Assembly (NCBI RefSeq): GCF_034669745.1
Contig: NZ_JAXMOP010000002.1
Length of the DNA: 64,000 bases
DNA from: Parasphingorhabdus sp.
GTDB taxonomy: Bacteria > Pseudomonadota > Alphaproteobacteria > Sphingomonadales > Sphingomonadaceae
Reading direction: 5' to 3' (one strand)
Position 1 is the first letter of the stretch. The number at the start of each line of letters is the position of its first letter. Below the pieces are notes generated by a model. It ran no database searches and had not been told where the DNA came from. It saw only the letters and a list, made by a program, of their open reading frames with translations. This document shows positions 14,842 to 24,207 of the stretch, piece by piece. Position numbers and translations under genes: made by a program.

Positions 14842-15756
14842 CTAGGCAACATCACGCTCGATCAGTTCCTTATAAAGCCCCTGCAGTCGCTCCACCATCG
14901 GTCCCCTGCCCTCGGTCAATATCCGGCCATCCACTTCGGTTGCCGGCACCACCCCGGCAAAGGTTCCCGTAACAAAGGCTTCGTCGGCGCCATAGACATC
15001 GGTGAGCGAGAAATTCTTTTCGAACACCGGAATGTCATTCTCCCGGCAAATCCGGATGACATTCGCCCGCGTGATCCCGCCGAGGCAATAGTCACCGCTA
15101 GACGTCCACACTTCGCCCTTGCGGACGATGAAGAAATGGGTGCTGTTGCAGGTTGCGACAAAACCCAGGGGATCGAGCATCAGCGCTTCGTCCGCGCCGG
15201 CCTGGGTCGCCTGGATGCATGCGGTGATGCAATTGAGCTTGCTGTGCGAATTGAGCTTCTGGTCCTGCACCGCCGGGTCGCCGCGCCGGACATGGACGGT
15301 GAACAGGCGGATGCCATTCTCGACCGTGCTTGGCAAAGCTTCCTTATATTCCGGGATGATCACGATCGTCGCCGGGGATATCACCACCCGCGGGTCCTGA
15401 TAAGGCGTCGAGCGGATACCGCGGGTCACCATCAGGCGAATGTGCACGCCTTCCTGATCGGCCATGCCGTTGCTGCTGATCGTCTCGTAGAGCCGTTCGA
15501 CCAATGCGTCCCGCGTGATGCCGATATCCATCGCGATCGCCTTTGATCCTTCGAACAGGCGGTCGAGATGGGCGTCGAGAAAGGCGATCTTTCCCTTGTG
15601 CACACGCAGCCCTTCCCACATCCCGTCGCCGAGCATGAAGCCGCTGTCAAACACCGAAACCACCGCCTCGGCGCGCGGCGTCATCACGCCATTGACGTTG
15701 ATCAAAATATTCGCGTTGCGCGGATCGGCGGTAAAGTCATGCGTGCCCTTAGCCAT
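14842..15756 (-). CDS. PLP fold-type IV aminotransferase (branched-chain amino acid / D-amino acid aminotransferase family)
   Basis: 304 aa with motifs typical of class IV aminotransferases: DSGFMLGDGMWEGLR, HLDRL, the SHSKLNCI lysine region, and GITR..V. Confidence 0.8.
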   Translation of the reverse strand: MAKGTHDFTADPRNANILINVNGVMTPRAEAVVSVFDSGFMLGDGMWEGLRVHKGKIAFLDAHLDRLFEGSKAIAMDIGITRDALVERLYETISSNGMADQEGVHIRLMVTRGIRSTPYQDPRVVISPATIVIIPEYKEALPSTVENGIRLFTVHVRRGDPAVQDQKLNSHSKLNCITACIQATQAGADEALMLDPLGFVATCNSTHFFIVRKGEVWTSSGDYCLGGITRANVIRICRENDIPVFEKNFSLTDVYGADEAFVTGTFAGVVPATEVDGRILTEGRGPMVERLQGLYKELIERDVA

Positions 15757-15940
15757 GGAATCTAACTTTCTGATTTATAGGAATTATGGTGGGTGAACTT
15801 TACAAACTTTACAGTGTCTAAAGAAAAGAAACACTTTGGCCCGAATGGCGCCTGTTTCGGGCGTATAACTGGTCTGGAAACAAAGTTGTTCATGGCGGTC
15901 AGGCTAGCGCAAATGGGGGCATGTAGGAAAGTGATTTGTG

Positions 15941-16004
15941 CCCCGCCGAAGGGCGGGGTCCAGAACTGTCCAGCGCGATCGTCTGGCCCCCGCCCTGCGG
16001 CGGG
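15941..16004. repeat. two GC-rich stem-loops, CCCCGCC-N4-GGCGGGG, 46 nt apart and downstream of lpdA
   Basis: Hairpin 1 is at 15941-15958 (loop GAAG) and hairpin 2 at 15987-16004 (loop CTGC). Hairpin 2 lies 10 nt past the lpdA stop and probably acts as its terminator or an RNA-stabilising structure. Confidence 0.55.
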
Positions 16005-16013
16005 GAACCGCGA

Positions 16014-17426
16014 CTACATATGCAAAACGCGTCCGTAGGCATCGAGCACGCTCTCGTGCATCATCTCGCTGAGTGTCGGATGCGGGAAGACCGTGTTTAT
16101 CAGTTCCGCCTCGGTCGTTTCCAGCGTCTTGCCAATCGTGTAACCCTGGATCAGTTCGGTCACTTCGGCACCGATCATGTGAGCACCGAGCAATTCGCCC
16201 GTCTTGGCGTCAAACACGGTCTTGATGAAACCCTCGGTCTCTCCGAGCGCGATTGCCTTGCCATTGCCGATAAACGGGAATTTGCCGACCTTGACGTCAT
16301 GGCCCGCTTCTTTCGCTTTCGCTTCGGTCAGGCCGACGCTGGCGATCTGAGGATGGCAATAGGTGCAGCCGGGAATATTGTTCACATCCATCGCATGCGG
16401 ATGGCCGTCCTTGCCCATCGACTGGGCGATGGTCTCTGCCGCAATGACGCCTTCATGGCTCGCCTTGTGCGCCAGCCAGGGACCAGCGGTACAGTCGCCA
16501 ATCGCATAAATACCGTCGATATTGGTCCGGCAATATTCGTCGGTCTTGATATGAAAGCGTTCGTCCGGTTGCACGCCTAGTTCGTCAAGACCGATGGTTT
16601 CGATATTGGGCATGATGCCGACAGCGACAATGACATGGCTGAAGTCATGGCTGTCTTTCTTGCCCTTGCTGTCCTCAATCTCCGCCTTGACGCCCTTGTC
16701 GCTGACATCAATGCTCTTGACGCCGGCACCGGTCATGATCGTCATCCCCTGCTTTTTCAGGGACTTCTCGAGGAACTTTGAGATTTCCTCATCCTCTACC
16801 GGCACGACCCGATCGAGCATTTCGACGACCGTCACATCGACGCCGATGTCGTTGTAGAAGCTGGCAAATTCTATGCCGATCGCGCCTGAACCGATGACCA
16901 GCAATTTGGTCGGCATTTCCGGTGGCGTCATGGCATGACGATAGGTCCAGATGCGCTTGCCGTCGGCCTTGGCAAATGGCAGATCGCGAGCGCGGGCGCC
17001 GGTGGCGATGATGATATTCTTGGCGGTGAGTTCCTCGTCGCCCTTGTCGGTCTTTACGGTCATCTTGCCGGGCGCGGTGATCTTGCCATCACCCATGACG
17101 ACATCGATCTTGTTCTTCTTCATCAGGCCGGTGACGCCCTGGTTAAGCTGCTTGGCGACGCCGCGCGAGCGTTTGACAATGGCGTCAAGATCGGCGCTGA
17201 TTTTCTCAGCCACCAGACCATAGTCCGCGGCATGTTTCATATTATGAAACACCTCGGCCGAACGCAGCATCGCCTTGGTCGGGATACACCCCCAGTTAAG
17301 ACAGATTCCACCCAGATTTTCGCGTTCGACAATCGCGGTTTTGAGCCCCAGCTGCGAAGCGCGGATCGCGGCGACATAGCCGCCAGGGCCGGAACCAAGA
17401 ACGATGAGGTCATATCCGTTTGCCAT
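16014..17426 (-). CDS. lpdA: dihydrolipoyl dehydrogenase (E3)
   Basis: 470 aa with the FAD motif GSGPGGYVAA, the redox disulfide GGICLNWGCIPTK and a C-terminal HPTLSE. Confidence 0.93.
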   Translation of the reverse strand: MANGYDLIVLGSGPGGYVAAIRASQLGLKTAIVERENLGGICLNWGCIPTKAMLRSAEVFHNMKHAADYGLVAEKISADLDAIVKRSRGVAKQLNQGVTGLMKKNKIDVVMGDGKITAPGKMTVKTDKGDEELTAKNIIIATGARARDLPFAKADGKRIWTYRHAMTPPEMPTKLLVIGSGAIGIEFASFYNDIGVDVTVVEMLDRVVPVEDEEISKFLEKSLKKQGMTIMTGAGVKSIDVSDKGVKAEIEDSKGKKDSHDFSHVIVAVGIMPNIETIGLDELGVQPDERFHIKTDEYCRTNIDGIYAIGDCTAGPWLAHKASHEGVIAAETIAQSMGKDGHPHAMDVNNIPGCTYCHPQIASVGLTEAKAKEAGHDVKVGKFPFIGNGKAIALGETEGFIKTVFDAKTGELLGAHMIGAEVTELIQGYTIGKTLETTEAELINTVFPHPTLSEMMHESVLDAYGRVLHM

Positions 17427-17447
17427 GTTATTCCTTTTCGATAATCT

Positions 17448-17831
17448 TTAGTCGCGTGAGGGCACCTGCACCGGCTTGCCATCACCGTCCACCGCCACAA
17501 ATGTGTAGACGCCCGACGCAGCTTTGGTCATTTCATCCTCGTGCCGGTCACGCCGGAAAGCTTCGACCTGAACAGTCATCGAGCTACGGCCGATTTTGGA
17601 AAATTCGGCATAGACCGACAATTCATCACCGATCTCGACCGGATGCCCGAAACGGACATCATTGGCGCCGACAACGACCGACTGATGCTTGCTATGCTTT
17701 GCCGCCAAAGCGCCGCCAGCCTGTGCCATCTGGCCCATAAGCCAGCCACCGAAAGCGACTCCATAGGGATTGCCCTCGGTCGGCATGACGATGGTGCGGA
17801 TGGCGGGGATTTTCTTGGTCAGGTCGGTCAA
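17448..17831 (-). CDS. hotdog-fold acyl-CoA thioesterase (YciA-like)
   Basis: 127 aa with [19 protein letters not shown] and the hotdog core. Its start overlaps the pdhC stop by 4 nt (ATGA). Confidence 0.8.
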   Translation of the reverse strand: MTDLTKKIPAIRTIVMPTEGNPYGVAFGGWLMGQMAQAGGALAAKHSKHQSVVVGANDVRFGHPVEIGDELSVYAEFSKIGRSSMTVQVEAFRRDRHEDEMTKAASGVYTFVAVDGDGKPVQVPSRD

Positions 17832-19156
17832 GCGAGCATCCCCAGCGGGTTTTCAACGGTTTCCTTGAACGCCTTCATAAAGGCCGCACCAGTCGCACCA
17901 TCGATGGCGCGGTGATCAAAGCTGCCGGTTGCGGTCATGATGGTCGCAATCTGGACGCTGTCATCGATCACCACCGGCTTCTTGATACCGGCGCTGATCG
18001 CCAGGATCATGCCCTGCGGCGGATTGATCACGGCGTCGAAGGTGGTGACGCCGAACATGCCCATATTCGACAGGCTGGCGGTGCCTCCCTGATATTCGTG
18101 CATCTTGAGCTTGCCGGCCTTGGCGCGCTCGGCAAGATCTTTCATCTCGGTGGCAATGGCGCTGAGCGACTTGGTGTCGGCGCTGGTGATGATCGGGGTG
18201 ATCAGACCGCCGGGGATGCTTACCGCCACCGCGATATCGGCGCGCGAATAGCGGATCAGATTTTCCTCGGTGTAACTGACATTGCTGTCCGGTGCCTGCA
18301 TCAGCGCAACGGCCTGCGCCTTGATCAGCAGATCATTAACCGACAGCTTGATGCCGCGCGCTTCCAGCGAAGCGTTGAGCTCGCCGCGCAATTTCAGCAG
18401 CTTGTCGATATTGACATCGATGCTGACCCGGTAATGCGGAATCGTCTGCTTGGCCTCGGTCAGGCGGCGGGCAATGGTCTTGCGCATGCCGGAGAGTTTT
18501 TCTGCGGTGTGCGGAATGTCGAAATCGCTGGAGCTGGAGGCAGGTTTTGGAGCGGATGCTGCCGCTGGAGCAGCACTTGGCGATGGTGTTTCGCTCTTCG
18601 CTGGTGAGGTCCCGCCTTCCGCTGCGTCAATATCGGCCTTGATTATCCGACCATTGGGACCAGAACCCGAAACAGCGGCTAGATCAACGCCTTTCTGCTC
18701 TGCCAGACGGCGAGCGAGCGGGCTGACCTTCAGTCGCTCATCGTTCGATTCCGATACGCCCTTGGCCGCCGGTGCAGGGGATGCGGGCGCGGCTTCCGCT
18801 TCAGGCTCTGGCGTAGATTTTGGTGCAGGCGTCGGCGCTTCTGCCTTGGCTTCGGGTTTGGCTGCCGTTTTTGCTTTCGACGCAGCCGGCGCTTCAATAT
18901 CGCCAGCATCTTCGCCTTCTTCGGCGATGATCGCGATCACGGCACCGACTTTCACATTCTCGGTGCCTTCAGCAACAACAATCTTGGCAATCACACCTTC
19001 GTCAATCGCTTCAAACTCCATCGTCGCCTTGTCGGTCTCGATTTCAGCCAGCAAATCACCGGATGACACGCGATCACCTTCCTTTACCAGCCATTTGGAA
19101 AGCGTCCCTTCTTCCATTGTCGGGGAGAGCGCAGGCATTTGGAGATTGATGGGCAT
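17828..19156 (-). CDS. pdhC: pyruvate dehydrogenase complex E2, dihydrolipoamide acetyltransferase
   Basis: 442 aa. It has an N-terminal lipoyl domain ([17 protein letters not shown]...[12 protein letters not shown]), an Ala/Pro-rich linker, a subunit-binding domain (SPLARRLA) and a catalytic domain (DHRAIDGA). Confidence 0.9.
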   Translation of the reverse strand: MPINLQMPALSPTMEEGTLSKWLVKEGDRVSSGDLLAEIETDKATMEFEAIDEGVIAKIVVAEGTENVKVGAVIAIIAEEGEDAGDIEAPAASKAKTAAKPEAKAEAPTPAPKSTPEPEAEAAPASPAPAAKGVSESNDERLKVSPLARRLAEQKGVDLAAVSGSGPNGRIIKADIDAAEGGTSPAKSETPSPSAAPAAASAPKPASSSSDFDIPHTAEKLSGMRKTIARRLTEAKQTIPHYRVSIDVNIDKLLKLRGELNASLEARGIKLSVNDLLIKAQAVALMQAPDSNVSYTEENLIRYSRADIAVAVSIPGGLITPIITSADTKSLSAIATEMKDLAERAKAGKLKMHEYQGGTASLSNMGMFGVTTFDAVINPPQGMILAISAGIKKPVVIDDSVQIATIMTATGSFDHRAIDGATGAAFMKAFKETVENPLGMLA

Positions 19157-19292
19157 GGCCGATGATCTTTCCTGAATAAGTCCTGTTTTCGCCTAAAGCT
19201 GTCCAACATTGCGCCCATGGCGTCAAGGGCGCTCGCTTGCCTTGCGGCCATTTTTATCGCAACAGGTAATTCTGACAGGGCGAGGAGGGTTC

Positions 19293-19748
19293 ATGCGTAC
19301 ATATCTTGTGGTGATCGACGAGACCGACGAGGCCAGTCTGGCGCTGCGTTTTGCGTCGCGCCGGGCGATGAAAACGAACAGCGCGCTGCACATTTTGGCG
19401 CTGGTCGAGGCCGAGGATTTTGTCGCCTGGGGCGGCGTGCAGGCGACGCTCGAGGAAGAAGCAAAGAACCGGGCCGAGGCGCTGGTCTCCGGTGCCGCCG
19501 GCAGCCTGTTCGAGGAAACCGGGATCCGGCCCTCGATCACTGTCAAACAGGGCAAGGGTCCAAAAGTCGTGCGGGCGATGATGGATGACGTGGACGGTCT
19601 GGCGGCGCTGGTGCTCGGCGCGGCTGCAACCGGCGCTCCGGGTCCGCTGGTCAGCCATTTTGCCGCGACCGAAGCGGGCTCCCTGCCCTGCCCGGTGATG
19701 GTGGTGCCGGGTTCGCTGAGCAAGGAAGAGATCGACCGGCTAAGCTGA
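19293..19748 (+). CDS. universal stress protein family protein
   Basis: The track ORF starts at 19209. The ATG at 19293 is preceded by GAGGAGG and gives MRTYLVVIDETDEASLAL..., ending with the USP-like ...VMVVPGS motif. Confidence 0.75.
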   Translation: MRTYLVVIDETDEASLALRFASRRAMKTNSALHILALVEAEDFVAWGGVQATLEEEAKNRAEALVSGAAGSLFEETGIRPSITVKQGKGPKVVRAMMDDVDGLAALVLGAAATGAPGPLVSHFAATEAGSLPCPVMVVPGSLSKEEIDRLS

Positions 19749-19752
19749 CGCG

Positions 19753-20274
19753 CTAGGCCAGCGCGCCGCGCGCGGGATATCCGGACTCGATCGCATAATC
19801 GATGCCCTGCAGCAACTGTTCGAGCGAAGGTCGGGTAAACGGCATGCTCTGGACACTGGCGAAATAGAGCGTCTGGTCCGGCTTGACGAGCAGCAGCGCC
19901 GGCTCGGAGAAAATCGACGGTTCAGCGCCGCCCGGACGTCCGGATGAAATATAGAGACCGAGGTCACGAGCGAGGCCTTCACCGAGACCATAGCCGATCA
20001 TCAGATCATCAACGCCCCATTCTTCAGCCGATTTCTGGGCTCGATCCTTGCTGTCCATGCTGATCGCAACCACGGTAATGCCGCGCTTGGCGAAATCCCC
20101 AAGATGGCGTTGCAGATCACGCAGCTGCATTTTGCAGATCGGGCAGTGCATACCGCGGTAAAATAGCAGCAGGGTAAAATAGTCGCCGAGACGCTGGCTC
20201 AGTTGAAACTTGCCCCCGTCGGTCATCGGTAAGGTAAAGTCGGGCACGGCTTTGGCGGGGAGGAGTCGGGACAT
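19753..20274 (-). CDS. peroxiredoxin-like (AhpC/TSA / redoxin family) protein
   Basis: 173 aa with FYRGMHCPICKMQL (a CxxC in a thioredoxin-fold context). It converges on the USP gene with a 4-nt gap. Confidence 0.75.
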   Translation of the reverse strand: MSRLLPAKAVPDFTLPMTDGGKFQLSQRLGDYFTLLLFYRGMHCPICKMQLRDLQRHLGDFAKRGITVVAISMDSKDRAQKSAEEWGVDDLMIGYGLGEGLARDLGLYISSGRPGGAEPSIFSEPALLLVKPDQTLYFASVQSMPFTRPSLEQLLQGIDYAIESGYPARGALA

Positions 20275-20344
20275 TCGAAAATCCTTTTCTGCTAACCTGA
20301 TAAACCTTGTTCGAGCGGAATGGTCACCGGTTTACATCCAGATA

Positions 20345-22639
20345 TTATTTTCGCCTAGCCTTGCCCATATGACCCCGGACATTCGCAGGCCGCCCCGTCT
20401 TGCCCTTGCGGTGCGGCTTTCCCTTGCCGGCGCGGTGGGGAGCGGGGCGGCCCGGCATATGGTTGGCGCCTTCGGCCAGCTCGAACAACAGGCTGCCAGT
20501 CGCAGCATTGGCCTCGACCAGGCGCAGTTCGATCTTCTGACCGATATTATAGGTGACGCCGCTATCCGAACCCGTGAGCTGCTGTTTCGCCTCGTCATAA
20601 TCAAATCGCTCGGCACCCAAGGTGCGGACCGGCACCAGGCCATCGCCGCCCAGGTCATCGACGGTGGCGAAAAAGCCGAAATTCTGAACGCCGGTGATCC
20701 GGCATTTCACGACTTCGCCGACCCGGTTCGCCAGATGCGCCGAGATATAGCGGTCGATGGTTTCCCATTCCGCTTTCATCGCGCGGCGCTCAAGCTTGGA
20801 GATTTTCTCCGAAATCAGTTCGAGACGCCCGGCTTCCTCTTTGCTCAGCCCTGAATATTCAGGGATGGATTCATTCTCCGGCACCGGCTGCTCGAGCTTG
20901 CAGGCGCTGACCAGGGCGCGGTGCACGACCAGATCGGCATAGCGCCGTATCGGGCTGGTGAAATGGGCGTAGCTGCCCAGCGACAGGCCGAAATGGCCCA
21001 TATTGGTGTGGCCGTAATAAGCCTGGGTCTGGCTGCGCAATATCTGTTCCATGACCAGCGGCAGCAACAGTTCGTCGTCAACCTGCTCAATCAGCCGGTT
21101 GAACACGGCGGGCTTGATCACCTGGCCCATGGCAAAGGCCATGTCGAAGGTCTTGAGATAGTCTTTCAACGCGATCAGTTTTTCGCGCGAGGGCGTTTCG
21201 TGGACCCGATAAATCACCGGTGATTTTTTCGATTCCAGCATCCGCGCGGCCGCAACATTGGCGACGATCATATAATCCTCGACCACCCGGTGCGCGTCGA
21301 GCCGTTCGCGGATCGCGATCTCGACAATCTTGCCCTGATCGTCCAGCACCACCCGTTTTTCGGGCAGATCGAGATTAAGCGGCTCGCGTTCGTCGCGCGC
21401 CTTGGCGAGCAGCTTCCAGCAAGCCCACAGATGTTCAAGCGCCTTGCTCTTCAGCGGATGGTCCAGTTTCCCGTCCATCGCCGCCTGGGCATCTTCATAA
21501 GCGATATTTCCGGCCAGTTTGACTATCGCCCGGGTAAAGCGGGAGGCAATCACCTGCCCTTTTGCATCGATCGTGACGTGACAGACCAGCGACGCCCGGT
21601 CGACGCCCTGCTTCAGCGAACAGACATCGGTCGACAAGGCTTCCGGCAGCATCGGCACCACCCGGTCGGGGAAATAGACGCTATTGCCGCGCTTATAGGC
21701 TTCACGGTCGAGCTTGCTGCCCGAACGGACATAATAAGAGACATCGGCAATGGCGATCAGCGCCTTGAAACCGCCCTTGTTGTCCGGACTGTCGTCCGGC
21801 TCGGCCCAGATCGCGTCATCATGGTCGCGGGCATCGGCCGGATCGATCGCGACGATCGGCAGATGGCGCAAATCCTCGCGCTTCTCTTCAGAAATCTCCA
21901 GCCTGGCCGCCTGCTCGGCTTCCGCGATCACCGCATCGGGAAAATGCAGCGGGATTTCGAACTTGTGAATGGCGATCAGGCTGAACGACTTGGCGGCGAA
22001 CGGATCGCCCAATATTTCCTTCACCCGCGCCTTGACCTCGGCGCCGCGCTTGAGCGGTTCGGCCAGCACCAGATTGCCCGGCTGCGCATCGCCCAGTTCG
22101 ATAATCGGGGTGCTGCGACGGATCTTGCGATCGACCGGCTTCAGCCAATAGCGGTCGCGCTCGTCTTTCTCGACGATCCCGAGCAGCATTTCGTTGCTCT
22201 GGGCCAGTTTCTTCATCAAAAAGGCAATATGGCCCTGCCCGCGCTCTTCGGTGCGCGCCAGAATGCGATCGCCGATCGCCAGCGCGGCGCGACGGCCTTT
22301 TTCCTTGATCCTGATCTTTGGCGCCGGTGCGCTTTCTTCTTCCCATTTTTCAGGGATGCCAATCGCTTCATTGCCGTCAATCTCGACAATCTTGAGCACG
22401 GTTACCTTCGGAACGCCGCCCACCTTATGCAAAGCCCCGCCCGGTTCGCCGGCGAGCAGCCCTTCCTTGGTCATGTCCTTGAGCAACGCTTTGAGCGCGA
22501 TCTTGTCCGACCCCCGCAATCCGAAGGCTTTTGAAATCTCGCGCTTCCCTGCAGGCCGCTCCGATCGCTCGATAAAATCCAGTATCTGCTGGCGAGAAGG
22601 AACCTGTTTCGGTTTGTGAGATTTTTTGGGACCTGCCAT
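20345..22639 (-). CDS. rnr: ribonuclease R
   Basis: 764 aa with an RNB catalytic domain (AIDPADARDHDDA), cold-shock and S1 domains, and a basic C-terminal tail. Confidence 0.92.
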   Translation of the reverse strand: MAGPKKSHKPKQVPSRQQILDFIERSERPAGKREISKAFGLRGSDKIALKALLKDMTKEGLLAGEPGGALHKVGGVPKVTVLKIVEIDGNEAIGIPEKWEEESAPAPKIRIKEKGRRAALAIGDRILARTEERGQGHIAFLMKKLAQSNEMLLGIVEKDERDRYWLKPVDRKIRRSTPIIELGDAQPGNLVLAEPLKRGAEVKARVKEILGDPFAAKSFSLIAIHKFEIPLHFPDAVIAEAEQAARLEISEEKREDLRHLPIVAIDPADARDHDDAIWAEPDDSPDNKGGFKALIAIADVSYYVRSGSKLDREAYKRGNSVYFPDRVVPMLPEALSTDVCSLKQGVDRASLVCHVTIDAKGQVIASRFTRAIVKLAGNIAYEDAQAAMDGKLDHPLKSKALEHLWACWKLLAKARDEREPLNLDLPEKRVVLDDQGKIVEIAIRERLDAHRVVEDYMIVANVAAARMLESKKSPVIYRVHETPSREKLIALKDYLKTFDMAFAMGQVIKPAVFNRLIEQVDDELLLPLVMEQILRSQTQAYYGHTNMGHFGLSLGSYAHFTSPIRRYADLVVHRALVSACKLEQPVPENESIPEYSGLSKEEAGRLELISEKISKLERRAMKAEWETIDRYISAHLANRVGEVVKCRITGVQNFGFFATVDDLGGDGLVPVRTLGAERFDYDEAKQQLTGSDSGVTYNIGQKIELRLVEANAATGSLLFELAEGANHMPGRPAPHRAGKGKPHRKGKTGRPANVRGHMGKARRK

Positions 22640-24174
22640 TAATAAGCTTTACCTATGATTATCCGCTCGACCGCAGGCTTGCCTGTGAAGATACAGGACC
22701 CATCCGCGGCAGCCGCATCAACCGGCACATTGCGGATGGTCAACTTCAGTTTCTTGAGCCGCTCTTCGATCGCTTCCAGTTCATCGCCAGTGGCCTTGCA
22801 CCATTGCACTTCCAGCCAGCCCGGATATTTCTTGTTTTCTTTGTAGAACCGTTCGACGTCCGACCAATGTTCGACGCCGCGCGTGATATTACCGTCGAGG
22901 CGCTGCTTGGCTTCGCCGTGCATTGCGGACTGGATTTCTGCCAGCAAGGCCGGAATTTCGGGCAGAAATTCTGCCTTGGCAAGAAATTTCGTGTCGAGCT
23001 TGCCGCTGTCCTGATAGAGTGCATCCCGGCGGATCATCGCCACCTTGTCCTCGGCCATGTCACGTGGTCCGATTTCAAGAATGATAGGCGCGCCTTTCTT
23101 GATCCACGACCAGCGTTTGGCTTGGGTTTTGGCACCGGAGATATCGACCTTGACCCGAACCGGTTCGTCAAAGGCTCTCAGTCCGGCAATTTCCTTTGCC
23201 AGCGCCTTGCAATACTCCAGCACCTCTTCATCTTCTGGCTTGTCGCGCAGCATCGGCACGATCACCACCTGATAGGGGGCAATCAGCGGCGGAACCCGCA
23301 TGCCGTCATCATCGCCATGGGTCATGATGACACCGCCGATCAGACGGGTCGAGGTGCCCCAGCTGGTGGTATAGGCGAACTGGAATTCGCCGTCCTTGTC
23401 CTGAAAGCGGATATTCTGCGCCTTGCTGAAGGTCTGGCCAAGGAAATGGCTGGTTCCGGCCTGCAAGGCCTTGCCATCCTGCATCATCGCTTCGATCGAA
23501 TAGGTCGCATCGGCACCGGGGAAACGTTCATTTTCCGGCTTCTCTCCGGCAACGACCGGCATCGCCAGCACGTTTTCAGAAAACGCGCGGTACATTTCCA
23601 ATATATTCAGCGTTTCTTCCATCGCTTCGGCTTTCGACGCATGCGCCGTATGGCCTTCCTGCCACAGAAATTCGCTGGTCCGCAGGAACATTCTGGTGCG
23701 CATTTCCCAGCGCACGACATTTGCCCACTGGTTGATCATCACCGGCAGATCGCGCCAGCTTTGCACCCAACGCGCAAAGGCAGTGCCGATCACGGTTTCC
23801 GATGTTGGCCGAACCACCAGCGGCTCTTCCAGTTTGGCATCCGGATCAACGACCAGCCCACCATCTTCGCTTTTCATCAACCGATGATGCGTGACAACCG
23901 CCATTTCCTTGGCAAAGCCTTCAACATGCTCGGCTTCCTTGGCGAAATAGCTGAGCGGAATGAACAGCGGAAAATAGCAATTTTCATGGCCCGTCGCCTT
24001 GATCCGCTGGTCCATCAGATATTGCACCCGTTCCCAGATGCCATAGCCCCACGGCCGCATGATCATACAGCCGCGCACCCCGGATTCTTCTGCGAGATCG
24101 GCTTCGGCAATTACTTGTTGGTACCATCCCGCGAAATCGTCTGCGCGGGTGATGGAAAGAGCATTTTTCTTCAC
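22639..24174 (-). CDS. proS: proline--tRNA ligase, archaeal/eukaryote-like type
   Basis: 511 aa with N-terminal DFAGWYQQVI..A.L, class II motifs, no INS editing domain, and a C-terminal extension ending ...IIGKAY (conserved terminal Tyr). Its stop overlaps the rnr start by 1 nt (TAATG). Confidence 0.92.
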   Translation of the reverse strand: MKKNALSITRADDFAGWYQQVIAEADLAEESGVRGCMIMRPWGYGIWERVQYLMDQRIKATGHENCYFPLFIPLSYFAKEAEHVEGFAKEMAVVTHHRLMKSEDGGLVVDPDAKLEEPLVVRPTSETVIGTAFARWVQSWRDLPVMINQWANVVRWEMRTRMFLRTSEFLWQEGHTAHASKAEAMEETLNILEMYRAFSENVLAMPVVAGEKPENERFPGADATYSIEAMMQDGKALQAGTSHFLGQTFSKAQNIRFQDKDGEFQFAYTTSWGTSTRLIGGVIMTHGDDDGMRVPPLIAPYQVVIVPMLRDKPEDEEVLEYCKALAKEIAGLRAFDEPVRVKVDISGAKTQAKRWSWIKKGAPIILEIGPRDMAEDKVAMIRRDALYQDSGKLDTKFLAKAEFLPEIPALLAEIQSAMHGEAKQRLDGNITRGVEHWSDVERFYKENKKYPGWLEVQWCKATGDELEAIEERLKKLKLTIRNVPVDAAAADGSCIFTGKPAVERIIIGKAY

Positions 24175-24207
24175 TTGGTTTTCCTGCGGATTAGTAGCTT
24201 TCGATAG

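Noticed and set aside
15915-15937. Motif GC[A/G]TGTAGGAAAG shared between the lpdA downstream region and 51084-51097 downstream of the threonine dehydratase gene
   Set aside because: It is only about 13 nt with a mismatch. A rough estimate shows thousands of such chance matches are expected among all position pairs in 64 kb on two strands.
22804-24207. 467-aa plus-strand ORF antisense to proS
   Set aside because: Same shadow-ORF phenomenon: no domain signature, and it lies fully inside a confidently identified gene.
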